DNA from: a virus
Virus record (IMG/VR): IMGVR_UViG_3300043446_004155
Location: 18,625-82,624 of that record
DNA length: 64,000 bases
Direction: 5' to 3' (one strand)
A model generated the notes under the pieces. It searched no databases. It worked only from the letters and a program-made list of their open reading frames with translations, and had not been told where the DNA came from. Numbering within the stretch: position 1 is the stretch's first letter; each line of letters opens with the position of its first letter. This document shows positions 1 through 8,229 of the stretch, one piece after another. The position numbers and the translations under genes were made by a program.

Positions 1-1
1 C

Positions 2-442
2 GCAATTCTAAATAATTACGCCCTTCAGCTGGAAGGTCTTCTGGACAGTGCTGTTGCCTGGGGCCAGGAAATGACCGAGACTCTCCAGGGTTATGCAGAA
101 TTTGCCACCGAGTCTCACACTGAGAACCTGGCTTACAACGAGATCCTGACCAACCCCGATGTTCTGAGCGATTACACGCTCCGTTTCTTCGGTCCCGAAG
201 GTCCGTATCCTGTGCACGAAGGCGAAGCAGATCTGGAAGCTTATGGCTATCCAACTGAGCAAGTTGATCCCGCTCTCTATGGCGAGTTCCCTGCTCCTCC
301 TGCCGCAGCTGCTCCTCAGCAACCTGCCAACTTCTGGGGCACCTTCAACGAAATGATGGCGCGTGATCCCCAGAATGCATGGCGTGTTCTGAACCAGGCC
401 CAGCCTAACGTTGTGTCCAACAAACTCTTCGTGATGGAGTGA
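2..442 (+). CDS. 5'-truncated protein upstream of capsid genes, possible scaffolding/assembly protein
   Basis: Frame is open from base 2; acidic, Pro/Ala-rich; position before MCP. Confidence 0.5.
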   Translation, partial: AILNNYALQLEGLLDSAVAWGQEMTETLQGYAEFATESHTENLAYNEILTNPDVLSDYTLRFFGPEGPYPVHEGEADLEAYGYPTEQVDPALYGEFPAPPAAAAPQQPANFWGTFNEMMARDPQNAWRVLNQAQPNVVSNKLFVME

Positions 443-446
443 GGCA

Positions 447-1064
447 GTGGTAAAACTTGCTGGTAAGTATGCAAATGTAATCAGCAGGAATCCGATTGCT
501 TCTGCAGTGGCTGGCGGCCTTGGCGCCGCCGGCCTTGCTACGTTAGGGAACGTCCTTTCTGGCGAAGCTCAAACGGAACAAGGGGGTCGTCTTGGCCTTG
601 AAGCAGTGGGTGCTGGTGCCTTAGGTGCAGTCCTTGGAGCCCAAATTCCAGCCCTTCGAGGTAAAGCGTCTCAGCTTTATCGCAATATCGGCAACGTTAG
701 CCTGGAAAATCCAGGTGCAGTTGCGCGTAAAGCGCAAATGTCTCCAAGAGAAATTCAACAAGCTGAATTCATGCGAGACATTTTAAATGAGACAGTTAAA
801 ACTGGTGTGGTATCTCCGCAACAAATGCGTGACGATATTAAAACTAGCTTAAAGCGTTCCCAAGCCGGTATTAATGCCGGTGTTATTCCTGCCGGCGTGT
901 TGGCAGCAGGTGCCTTAGGTGGAATGACTGGTGGCGGCATTGCAAATCTTGCAGCTGGCATGGGTCTTCCAGGCATGGGCATTGACCCAGAGGGCTACGG
1001 TTCCAACAACACACCAAGCGCACAATTTGGCGTCAAATCGCTTGCATCCACACAATATGTGTGA
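447..1064 (+). CDS. Gly/Ala-rich hypothetical virion-module protein
   Basis: 205-aa ORF with hydrophobic Gly-rich segments. Confidence 0.6.
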   Translation: MVKLAGKYANVISRNPIASAVAGGLGAAGLATLGNVLSGEAQTEQGGRLGLEAVGAGALGAVLGAQIPALRGKASQLYRNIGNVSLENPGAVARKAQMSPREIQQAEFMRDILNETVKTGVVSPQQMRDDIKTSLKRSQAGINAGVIPAGVLAAGALGGMTGGGIANLAAGMGLPGMGIDPEGYGSNNTPSAQFGVKSLASTQYV

Positions 1065-1160
1065 TCTAAGCTAAGTACCTGCTAAAATTTGTGTTAGATA
1101 AGACACACGTGTCTTTATCTTTCACCCGATAAAAACACTGACACTGGAGGATAAACCAAG

Positions 1161-1172
1161 GTGTTTATTGAT
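1161..1172 (+). CDS. Major capsid protein exon 1 (GTG TTT ATT GAT = MFID)
   Basis: SD GGAGG at 1146-1150; exon ends in U at the predicted 5' splice site; joins in frame to exon 2. Confidence 0.85.
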
Positions 1173-1174
1173 AG

Positions 1175-1729
1175 CTAGTTCAGATCCTGGTAGGTATGAC
1201 CTTTCAAGATTTGGTAAATAGCTCCGTGGTTACAGTCAAACTTTTCAGCAATCTTTCGATACGAGAGTCCTGCTTCTTTTAAAGCTTTGATTTGAATCAC
1301 GTCTTCCGAAGAAAACTTTCTCAAAGTCTTTTTCGGTTTCCCTTTACTGGCAAAGCCATTGTTTTTATAACAACCGGTTTCCCAGGCTCTTGTTAAGTTT
1401 TCTTGTTTGGTAACGATCTCAAGATTGTCAAGTCGATTATTCCTCTTGTCATTATCTTTGTGATCAACTTGAAGGGAAAAGTTACTGGTTCCATGAGAAC
1501 GCAGATCTAATCCCAAAAAAGCTACAGCCATCAAGACGTGAAGATGAAAACGTTTTCTCTTCCCATCAACAAGAACTGAAATACGGTCATAAACACTGGT
1601 TGAGCGAATAGGGATCTCTTGAAAATATTCTTGATTATCGGGATCAAGTTGTTTTTCAAAAGCTTTCCCCTCTTCCGTTAAGTAAAGATTACCAAATCCA
1701 GGAACAAGTTTTGGATTCATGTTGTTCAT
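1175..1729 (-). CDS. Intron-encoded HNH homing endonuclease with C-terminal HTH, antisense to the intron (alternative start 1753)
   Basis: HVLMAVAF..VDHKDNDKRNNRLDNLE HNH_3 motif; LSYRKIAEKF HTH; AT-rich. Confidence 0.88.
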   Translation of the reverse strand: MNNMNPKLVPGFGNLYLTEEGKAFEKQLDPDNQEYFQEIPIRSTSVYDRISVLVDGKRKRFHLHVLMAVAFLGLDLRSHGTSNFSLQVDHKDNDKRNNRLDNLEIVTKQENLTRAWETGCYKNNGFASKGKPKKTLRKFSSEDVIQIKALKEAGLSYRKIAEKFDCNHGAIYQILKGHTYQDLN

Positions 1730-1743
1730 AAACAAGTTTCCAA

Positions 1744-1772
1744 AGCGTAGCATGCCTCAACTGAACGCTCAA
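1744..1772 (-). promoter_or_regulatory. Putative sigma70-type promoter for the intron HEG
   Basis: TTGAGC-N17-TACGCT with extended TG, 14 nt before ATG 1729. Confidence 0.45.
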
Positions 1773-1996
1773 CGTTGTCACCCCACCGAGCAATCGATGG
1801 GTGCAAACCGGATGAATTCAGGGAAGCCCTAACGTTAAGACGAGGGTAATCCTGAGCCAAGCCAATCAAGCGTGATTGGAAGGTGCAGAGACTACTGGGT
1901 GTAACACGACCTTGTTACGTAATACCAGATTTAGCGTCCGGCATCCCACAGGGATGAAGAGATAGTCCACCCCTCTAAGAAACTAGAGACCAGGAG

Positions 1997-3148
1997 AACG
2001 ACTTTCCAAAAATTCTTGGTGCGGAACTTTACCGTCCCCACCCTGCTTACATTGCTGAAATGGCAGTGGAGCCCGTGGTCGTCCACGACTTCACCCGTCA
2101 GCCTGGTCAAACCGTTCAGTTAGACCGCTACAAGTTCTGGGGTACCCCTGGCACCAAGGATAGCCGGGAGCGTATCGCTGACCAGACTATTGGTACCGCC
2201 AACAGCCGCAACATCACCAAAGAGAAGGTGCTTGTTGTGCTGAAAGAGTACACTGGCCCTGCTGACCCGGGTGATCCGACCCAGCCTTCGACCTTCAAGA
2301 TCGCTCGTGAAACCCTGATTACCGCCCAGCGCCTGCTGCTGGACACCGGTAACCTCAACATGTTCCACCAGTCGATCGGCAGCCTGACTCTGCTCGACGA
2401 CTATCGCCGTTGGCGTGACCGCGTGTTCATCGATGAACTCGCTAAAGCCGAAGCCAATGGTGAAGCTTCCAGCACCCAAGGTGGTTACTACTTCCCTGGT
2501 GGCAAGAACAAAGCTTCTAACGGTTCTATTGCTTACACTGCTGCTGAATACGCCGCTCAGGTGCAGCAGTTCCAGGTGCGTACCGACCTGCTGACCGTTG
2601 TTAAGGACCTGCGTAAGCGCAACGTTCCTACCTTCGCTGATGGTCTGTATCGTTGCATCTGCGATCCCACCTTCATGATGCACCTGCGTCGTGATCCTGA
2701 CTTCCGTGAGATCGCTCGTTACAGCGGCAACCCTGGCCAAGGCATGTACATGGGCAACCCCATGATGCCTAACAACGCCAGCTTCTACATGGGTCCCCAA
2801 GCTGGTCAGGGTTACTTCCTGGCTGGTGAGCCTGTGATGCCGACTGGTGTTCAGTTTGAAGGTGTGAAGTTCTTCGAGTCGACCAACTTCCCGACCAAGA
2901 CTGTTAGCGCAAGCTTCACCGACACCCCTTCGTACAGCAACCAAGAAGTTGCCCAAGGTTACTTCTTCGGTCCTCAGTCCATCGGTGTTGGTATCGGCGG
3001 TCCTAACGCTCAGGTGCTCATCAACAACAACGATGACTTCAGCCGTTTCATCATCCTGATCTGGCAACTGTACGCTGGCTTCGAGATCCTGAACAAGGAC
3101 TTCGTAACCACCGCCTTCAGTTTTGTTTCTGACGACGGCACCATCTGA
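1997..3148 (+). CDS. Major capsid protein exon 2 (N4-gp56-like; spliced product ~387 aa)
   Basis: Open frame NDFPKILGAELYRPHP... is continuous with the ORF at 2060; strong codon bias; PGQTVQLDRY motif typical of capsid N-terminal region. Confidence 0.85.
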   Translation, partial: NDFPKILGAELYRPHPAYIAEMAVEPVVVHDFTRQPGQTVQLDRYKFWGTPGTKDSRERIADQTIGTANSRNITKEKVLVVLKEYTGPADPGDPTQPSTFKIARETLITAQRLLLDTGNLNMFHQSIGSLTLLDDYRRWRDRVFIDELAKAEANGEASSTQGGYYFPGGKNKASNGSIAYTAAEYAAQVQQFQVRTDLLTVVKDLRKRNVPTFADGLYRCICDPTFMMHLRRDPDFREIARYSGNPGQGMYMGNPMMPNNASFYMGPQAGQGYFLAGEPVMPTGVQFEGVKFFESTNFPTKTVSASFTDTPSYSNQEVAQGYFFGPQSIGVGIGGPNAQVLINNNDDFSRFIILIWQLYAGFEILNKDFVTTAFSFVSDDGTI

Positions 3149-3181
3149 TAAAGATATAAATCCAACTTAACGGAGAAATAA

Positions 3182-3979
3182 ATGTCCTACTTGTCTTCTA
3201 AAAAGATCTATCCAGGTAACTGGACCAACGCCCTGAACGGCTGGTACAAGAACATTGATGTCGCCGCTGACGGCAGCAATGACTATTCCAAGGGTGGCCC
3301 CACTTCGGTGCTGGCCGTCCCTGGTTACCGCTACTTCCAGCAGCGTGGTTACGCCGTGGTGGATTGGGCCTCTGGTGATGCTGCCACCAAGGGCCAAACC
3401 CTGAACGTGATCGTTCCTTCGCCTTACCGCCAGGACGACACCCGCCCCGACATCACCGGCATGGTGATCTCTGGTAATGCCACCCAACCTGCTTTCGTGT
3501 ATCGCGCTGCGATCTCGGTTGCTTCTGGCTGGGGCGATGGTCGTGTTGCCACCGGCATCTATGCTGCCACCGGTAACATCATCACTTTCGGTGCTGGTCC
3601 TACCGCCGTGACTGGCGTGGGTGAGCCTATTGCTCAGGCCAACCTGACCTCCACCACTTCTGGTGACGCCGCCACCAAGATTGTGTTCGCTGCTGGTGCT
3701 CAAGCCCTCAGCTCCACTCCGTTCCTGACCGCTACCGGCGCAACCGGCCTTGGTCCTTCTGGTGTGTATAAGTCTCTGACTGGCGCTACCACCTTTAAGG
3801 TCTTCGCTCGTGGTGCCAACACTGACACTGGTGTGTCTGGTGGTATCTACCTCGCTGACGGTGATTACAACGCTGGTCTCAAGGGTTACCTCGTGGTTGA
3901 AGTGTGCTACATCCAACCTGATGATGCACCTGGCTACGAAGATATCGAAGAGTACATCATTGGCCGCACTGTTAGCTGA
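3182..3979 (+). CDS. Abundant virion structural protein (minor capsid/decoration or tail)
   Basis: Directly follows MCP; same highly biased codon usage; beta-rich. Confidence 0.6.
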   Translation: MSYLSSKKIYPGNWTNALNGWYKNIDVAADGSNDYSKGGPTSVLAVPGYRYFQQRGYAVVDWASGDAATKGQTLNVIVPSPYRQDDTRPDITGMVISGNATQPAFVYRAAISVASGWGDGRVATGIYAATGNIITFGAGPTAVTGVGEPIAQANLTSTTSGDAATKIVFAAGAQALSSTPFLTATGATGLGPSGVYKSLTGATTFKVFARGANTDTGVSGGIYLADGDYNAGLKGYLVVEVCYIQPDDAPGYEDIEEYIIGRTVS

Positions 3980-4020
3980 TTAGGTTAAACTAGGACCAGA
4001 AATTAAAACATCTGGTCCTC

Positions 4021-4431
4021 ATGCTTTATCAGCATCGTAAAACCGGCGCTCGCGTCAAAGTTGTAAGCGAATGGGATAACGGCGATTGGTTCATGGTCGA
4101 AGATCAGGACGGTCGCCTTTATACCGCTTACAAAAATGAATTGACCCCTGATGAAGCCGCAACTAAAAAAGTTGCTACTCTTCAGGTTAAGGATAAGGCA
4201 GCCCAAGAAGAGCCTCGTACTTTCCCACCCGAAACACGTTTAAACATTAATAGTGCCACCCCTCAAATGATCGCTGATCATATTAAGGGTATCGGTCTTA
4301 AGACAGCTCGAGAGATCAAAGATCTTCAGATGTCCTTATCGGGTGAGAAGTTTAATAGCCTTGAGCAGTTAAAACAGATTAAGCGTGTGGATTGGGAAGC
4401 TGTGCTTGCCGCCGACTTAATCAGGGTTTGA
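4021..4431 (+). CDS. Helix-hairpin-helix DNA-binding protein (ComEA-like C-terminus)
   Basis: LNINSAT...IKGIGLKTAREI...FNSLEQL. Confidence 0.7.
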   Translation: MLYQHRKTGARVKVVSEWDNGDWFMVEDQDGRLYTAYKNELTPDEAATKKVATLQVKDKAAQEEPRTFPPETRLNINSATPQMIADHIKGIGLKTAREIKDLQMSLSGEKFNSLEQLKQIKRVDWEAVLAADLIRV

Positions 4432-4446
4432 TCCATTTCACAAAAG

Positions 4447-4473
4447 AAAGCCCCTGGGAGACCAGGGGTTTTT
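4447..4473 (+). terminator. Intrinsic terminator ending the capsid operon
   Basis: GCCCCTGG-GAGA-CCAGGGGT followed by T-tract. Confidence 0.8.
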
Positions 4474-4499
4474 CGTTTTAAAATAAAAAGAAAAAGATA

Positions 4500-5132
4500 A
4501 TGGCCGAACGCTCTATTGTTGATATCGGTAAAGCTCTTCAACGTTACGGGCTTAACATCGGAGAGCATCCAGAATTTGGTGGTGTCGGCTCAGGGCACTC
4601 GCCCAAAGGTTATCATCCTGTTGGCCAAGCGATTGATGTGCGTGATTGGCGTGCAGATGTTGGACCTGCCTATGAAGGAGGCAAGCCAATTCCCTGGAAA
4701 CAAAGAACTGAAGAGTTGGCATGGCGTGCTAAAAAACTAGGACTGTTTAATGAAGCATTGGGGCCTGGCGATCCGGGGCACGATACGCACGTTCATCTTG
4801 CTTTAGCAGGGAAAAAGTTCATTACAGACCCTCAGCTTGAGTGGCTTGCCACTGGACGTTACAAAACTCCCGAGGGAAAACTAACAGACTTGATGCCAGG
4901 ATCTTCAAATGTCTCGGCAACCACTCTTCCGCTAGATCAAGCATCCGCTGGAGCAACTGGAGATGATCTTTCAACATTGATGTCACTTCTTCAGTTAACT
5001 AATCCAAAACAAAAAACTGTACAAGAATCATTACTTGAGCAGTCTTTGGGCGAGTTATTTTCTCCTCAGCAAAGTCTTGCGCAACAGTTTTTGATGGAGT
5101 ACATGAACTCTCCCATCCCAGGAGTGGGTTAA
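4500..5132 (+). CDS. Virion protein with M15/LAS-type Zn-peptidase-like domain
   Basis: YHPVGQAID (HxxxxxxD) and HDTHVH motifs. Confidence 0.6.
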   Translation: MAERSIVDIGKALQRYGLNIGEHPEFGGVGSGHSPKGYHPVGQAIDVRDWRADVGPAYEGGKPIPWKQRTEELAWRAKKLGLFNEALGPGDPGHDTHVHLALAGKKFITDPQLEWLATGRYKTPEGKLTDLMPGSSNVSATTLPLDQASAGATGDDLSTLMSLLQLTNPKQKTVQESLLEQSLGELFSPQQSLAQQFLMEYMNSPIPGVG

Positions 5133-5171
5133 ATTGATGCCTTTATAATTAAACTATAACGAAAGGTAGAC

Positions 5172-5633
5172 GTGCAATTATCTGAATTTGATAAAAGCAG
5201 GGTCAGGTATCACCTGGGCTACTTTACCGTGTCTGTTCCAGCGGGTGACTATGCCCGTCTGGAAGAAGCCATGAATACCATCCCGGATTCATACTTCTAT
5301 GACAAGGTTGTTATTCAACTTGGCCGTTGCGATACAGCCGAGAAGAAGACAGAAGTTGCATCGACACCTTCTACGCGAGTTGAAAGCATCCTCGGTGACG
5401 TGGATCGTACAATTCGCTCCAGCAATGCTAAAGAGTCATTAAAGGTTTGGGACGAGATTTATCTCTACGAAACCAACCGTCTTGCTGGCATCCTTTACGT
5501 TCCCAACTACAAGGATCCTTTCCAGGCCAGGTACCGTTATGAACGCTCTGGTGCTGAATTCATCCAGGCATTACCTGGTCCTGCCGACACTGCTGTTGGT
5601 TCACGTCTTTATTTACATGAGGTTTGGAGGTAG
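5172..5633 (+). CDS. Putative head-tail adaptor/neck protein
   Basis: Position; RVRYHLGY N-terminal motif. Confidence 0.45.
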   Translation: MQLSEFDKSRVRYHLGYFTVSVPAGDYARLEEAMNTIPDSYFYDKVVIQLGRCDTAEKKTEVASTPSTRVESILGDVDRTIRSSNAKESLKVWDEIYLYETNRLAGILYVPNYKDPFQARYRYERSGAEFIQALPGPADTAVGSRLYLHEVWR

Positions 5634-5635
5634 TT

Positions 5636-6496
5636 ATGCCTATTCCCATTAATCGAAATACAGATACGTCCTATGGACTTCTTGGGGCGATTAGGAATTT
5701 TATTTCGCCTCCAGGTTACGTTTCCCGTGGACCCCTTGGCTCTTTACCAGCGGGTGCAGCAGCTGGCGGTCGTCCTCCAATGCCTGGCCTGCCTAGCAAC
5801 TATAAACAAACGGAATTAGCCGCAGGTGCCGCAGCTGAAGCGTTTCGCCCTGGAGCAGGATTCCCTGGTCAGCAAGCTGCTGCCGAACGTGATTACCAAC
5901 AGAAGAAATCTGAAATTGCTCAGTTAACCGCTCAGAACCCAGAGTTCCAACGTTACGAAAGAGCACGGGCTGTCGCCAAAAGTCAAGAGGAAATGAACGC
6001 TGTTCGTGACGAGGGCATGCGTATTTGGGCCGCAAATAATCCTGAATTAGCGGCAAAAGTAAAGCCTGGCTCCACGGGATATGAAGCCATCCAAGGCGCT
6101 ATTGGGGCTTCTCAGCCCTCCGCCTTAAGTGGTGAGCAAGTACCGGGTGTCATGAGCTTTGATCCCAATACAGTTCTTTCGACAACTCAAAACATTCAAG
6201 GGCAGTTCCGTCCGAATCAACCGTTAACAGATCAAGAAATCCTGGCGGCAATGAGCTTCGATCCGAACGTTGCCATGCGCAGTGCAGCTAACATTGGATT
6301 TGCTCCTATGTCTCCAGCGGAATCAGCCATGCTGCAAGCCGTGGGAGGAGCACAAGGTGAATACGTCACACCAATGCCTGCCGTTGGTGCATTAGATCAA
6401 GCTGGTCTTACCTTTACTACACCCGCAGAGAAACGTCGCCAAGAAAGCTCCGCTCTTTTCCAAGAGCTTTTGAAGCGGGCCTTAAGCGCCCAATGA
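5636..6496 (+). CDS. Ala/Gln-rich putative internal virion protein
   Basis: ORF; duplicated MSFDPN motif. Confidence 0.5.
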   Translation: MPIPINRNTDTSYGLLGAIRNFISPPGYVSRGPLGSLPAGAAAGGRPPMPGLPSNYKQTELAAGAAAEAFRPGAGFPGQQAAAERDYQQKKSEIAQLTAQNPEFQRYERARAVAKSQEEMNAVRDEGMRIWAANNPELAAKVKPGSTGYEAIQGAIGASQPSALSGEQVPGVMSFDPNTVLSTTQNIQGQFRPNQPLTDQEILAAMSFDPNVAMRSAANIGFAPMSPAESAMLQAVGGAQGEYVTPMPAVGALDQAGLTFTTPAEKRRQESSALFQELLKRALSAQ

Positions 6497-6585
6497 TTTG
6501 AATCTGGCAGTGCTTCTCACGTAAGCCCAGCCGACTGGACACGAATCTTTTGATTCACGGGGGCCAGTGTTGTTGCTTTAAACCC

Positions 6586-6702
6586 ATGATTCTCTGTCCC
6601 AAGTTTGTTAAACGAACCCTGACCCATCTCGCAACAGTACTAACGCTTCAAACAGTATTTGTTCCCGCACTCAGGGCAAGTTCAAACTGGGTAGCAAGTT
6701 AA
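6586..6702 (+). CDS. 38-aa signal-peptide-like micro-protein ([38 protein letters not shown])
   Basis: Fills the gap before the SLT gene; basic N-terminus, hydrophobic core. Confidence 0.45.
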   Translation: MILCPKFVKRTLTHLATVLTLQTVFVPALRASSNWVAS

Positions 6703-6712
6703 CAAGAAACCC

Positions 6713-7336
6713 ATGTCTTACAACACCGAACAACTAAAAGAAATTGCGCGGCAGAAGGCCCGTGATTTTGGTGTGAATGAAGACATTTTCTTGAAGCTTG
6801 TAGGCGCCGAATCAGGCTGGAATCCACGCGCCAAAAGCAGTGCCGGCGCCGAAGGGCTTGTTCAGTTGATGCCTGCCACCGCACAAGGTCTTGGTGTATC
6901 TAATCCCTATGATCCCGTTCAAAGCCTGACAGGTGGTGCTCGTTACTTGAGTCAACAACTCAAGCGTTTTGGTTCTTACGACAAAGCCTTGGCCGCTTAT
7001 AACTCTGGTCCAGGCACTGTTGAAAGGTATGGTGGTATTCCTCCCTTCAAGGAAACACAGAACTACGTGAAAAAAATCCTTGGAGGCGGAACTCCACCCG
7101 CAGCCAAGCCGCAAGCTCAAGTCGCAGAAGCCCCTGGAGCAAATCCACAAGATTTCTTAAAGGGTTACCTTTTGCAAACTTTGCTGATGGGCGCACAAAA
7201 CCCTGTTCCTTCACTGGGAGAACAGTTATTTAAGACTGCGTTCCAGCGGCCAATGACTCAAGCTGAGTCGGACATTTCAACGGCGTCTTTATTTACGCCT
7301 AGGACACCGTTCCTTGAATCGTTGACTCAGTTTTAA
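6713..7336 (+). CDS. Lytic transglycosylase (SLT, GH23) virion protein
   Basis: [31 protein letters not shown] motifs. Confidence 0.92.
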   Translation: MSYNTEQLKEIARQKARDFGVNEDIFLKLVGAESGWNPRAKSSAGAEGLVQLMPATAQGLGVSNPYDPVQSLTGGARYLSQQLKRFGSYDKALAAYNSGPGTVERYGGIPPFKETQNYVKKILGGGTPPAAKPQAQVAEAPGANPQDFLKGYLLQTLLMGAQNPVPSLGEQLFKTAFQRPMTQAESDISTASLFTPRTPFLESLTQF

Positions 7337-7443
7337 TTCATAGGCTCCACTTACCTGGGGCCTTTCTCATCTAAAGAGTTTTTACATTAAAATAGATTTT
7401 AAAGGCCCTGTACTTGGCAAAAGTTTAATACACGAGAACGCAC

Positions 7444-8223
7444 ATGTCATCGACGAGTTCGAACAAGCAACCCCTGTTTATTGACCGTCCGTTATTTGAC
7501 ACGGTCCGGGTTACTACGCAGACTGTTGGCAGTCAAGCCAGTAATACGATTTTCGTGCAGGGTGGCCAGGCTCCATCGATCCTGGTGGACATGGACGCTG
7601 CTCTTAGCGAAGACAATAACAATGGCGGTGTTGTTGATTCGATTACGATTGCACGTAACGACCGTTATCGAGATGCCGATTACACCGTCAATGCTTCAAC
7701 GTCTGGTACCGTTGTTGCATTGACGAGTGGGCAAGTCGTTTATATTCAATCTTCTGCGGTTCTTACCAATGGCACCGCAAGTGGCGTAGGTTACTACACC
7801 TATACCGGCTCGGGTACTTTAACCGGTGTCAATACTGCCTTGAATTATTCGGGTGCTATTGCAAGTGGTTTTCAATATCAAGGTGTCGCTTACGGGTATC
7901 AACCAGCCGTAACTTTTGTTTTCTATCAGACCCGTAATACGACCACTCCTATCCCAGCCAGTGGCGATTACCGTGTCCTGTTCGCCAAGACAGTCCCAGC
8001 TAACAGCGGCATTGTTGACTGCTCAGACGTGATGCCGCAATTGGCGATTCCGATGCCAACCGCAGGCAATACCAACGGTCTTGGTCCCAGCGCACCTCTC
8101 CGCAACAAGGGGATTTACCTGGAGCGCGGTGACCGTATTTATGTGGGTGTCTTTGCGGAAGGCCCCAACATTTCTGGTTATAACCCAGGCGCTCATGTGT
8201 ATGCACAAGGCGGATTCTTCTAA
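7444..8223 (+). CDS. Tail structural protein
   Basis: Beta-rich Thr/Gly ORF in the structural module. Confidence 0.55.
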   Translation: MSSTSSNKQPLFIDRPLFDTVRVTTQTVGSQASNTIFVQGGQAPSILVDMDAALSEDNNNGGVVDSITIARNDRYRDADYTVNASTSGTVVALTSGQVVYIQSSAVLTNGTASGVGYYTYTGSGTLTGVNTALNYSGAIASGFQYQGVAYGYQPAVTFVFYQTRNTTTPIPASGDYRVLFAKTVPANSGIVDCSDVMPQLAIPMPTAGNTNGLGPSAPLRNKGIYLERGDRIYVGVFAEGPNISGYNPGAHVYAQGGFF

Positions 8224-8229
8224 TGTGCT

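Larger units (their letters stand above)
1173..1996 (+). ncRNA. Group I self-splicing intron (IC3-like, resembling the cyanobacterial tRNA-Leu intron core) in the major capsid gene
   Basis: P AATTCAGGGAA (~1815), Q AATCCTGAGC (~1848), R GTGCAGAGACTA (~1883), S AAGAGATAGTCC (~1957); P3 CCGGATG/CGTCCGG; IGS CGTTGTCA 1773-1780 pairs with TGAT|AGC (P1, U.G wobble) and with exon 2 AACG (P10); terminal G1996. Confidence 0.93.

Noticed and set aside
2060-3148. MCP start at ATG 2060 as in the ORF track
   Set aside because: No SD there; the frame extends to 1997 and joins an SD-led exon via canonical splice sites
2120-3916. Long antisense ORFs 2120-3067 and 3167-3916
   Set aside because: Shadow frames from strong codon bias of the capsid genes
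4021-4431. PsbU photosystem protein
   Set aside because: Shares only the HhH fold; no signal peptide; lies in the capsid operon
6504-6570. ZTP (pfl) riboswitch suggested by CGACTGG
   Set aside because: The 3' GCCUGGG hairpin/pseudoknot partner is absent
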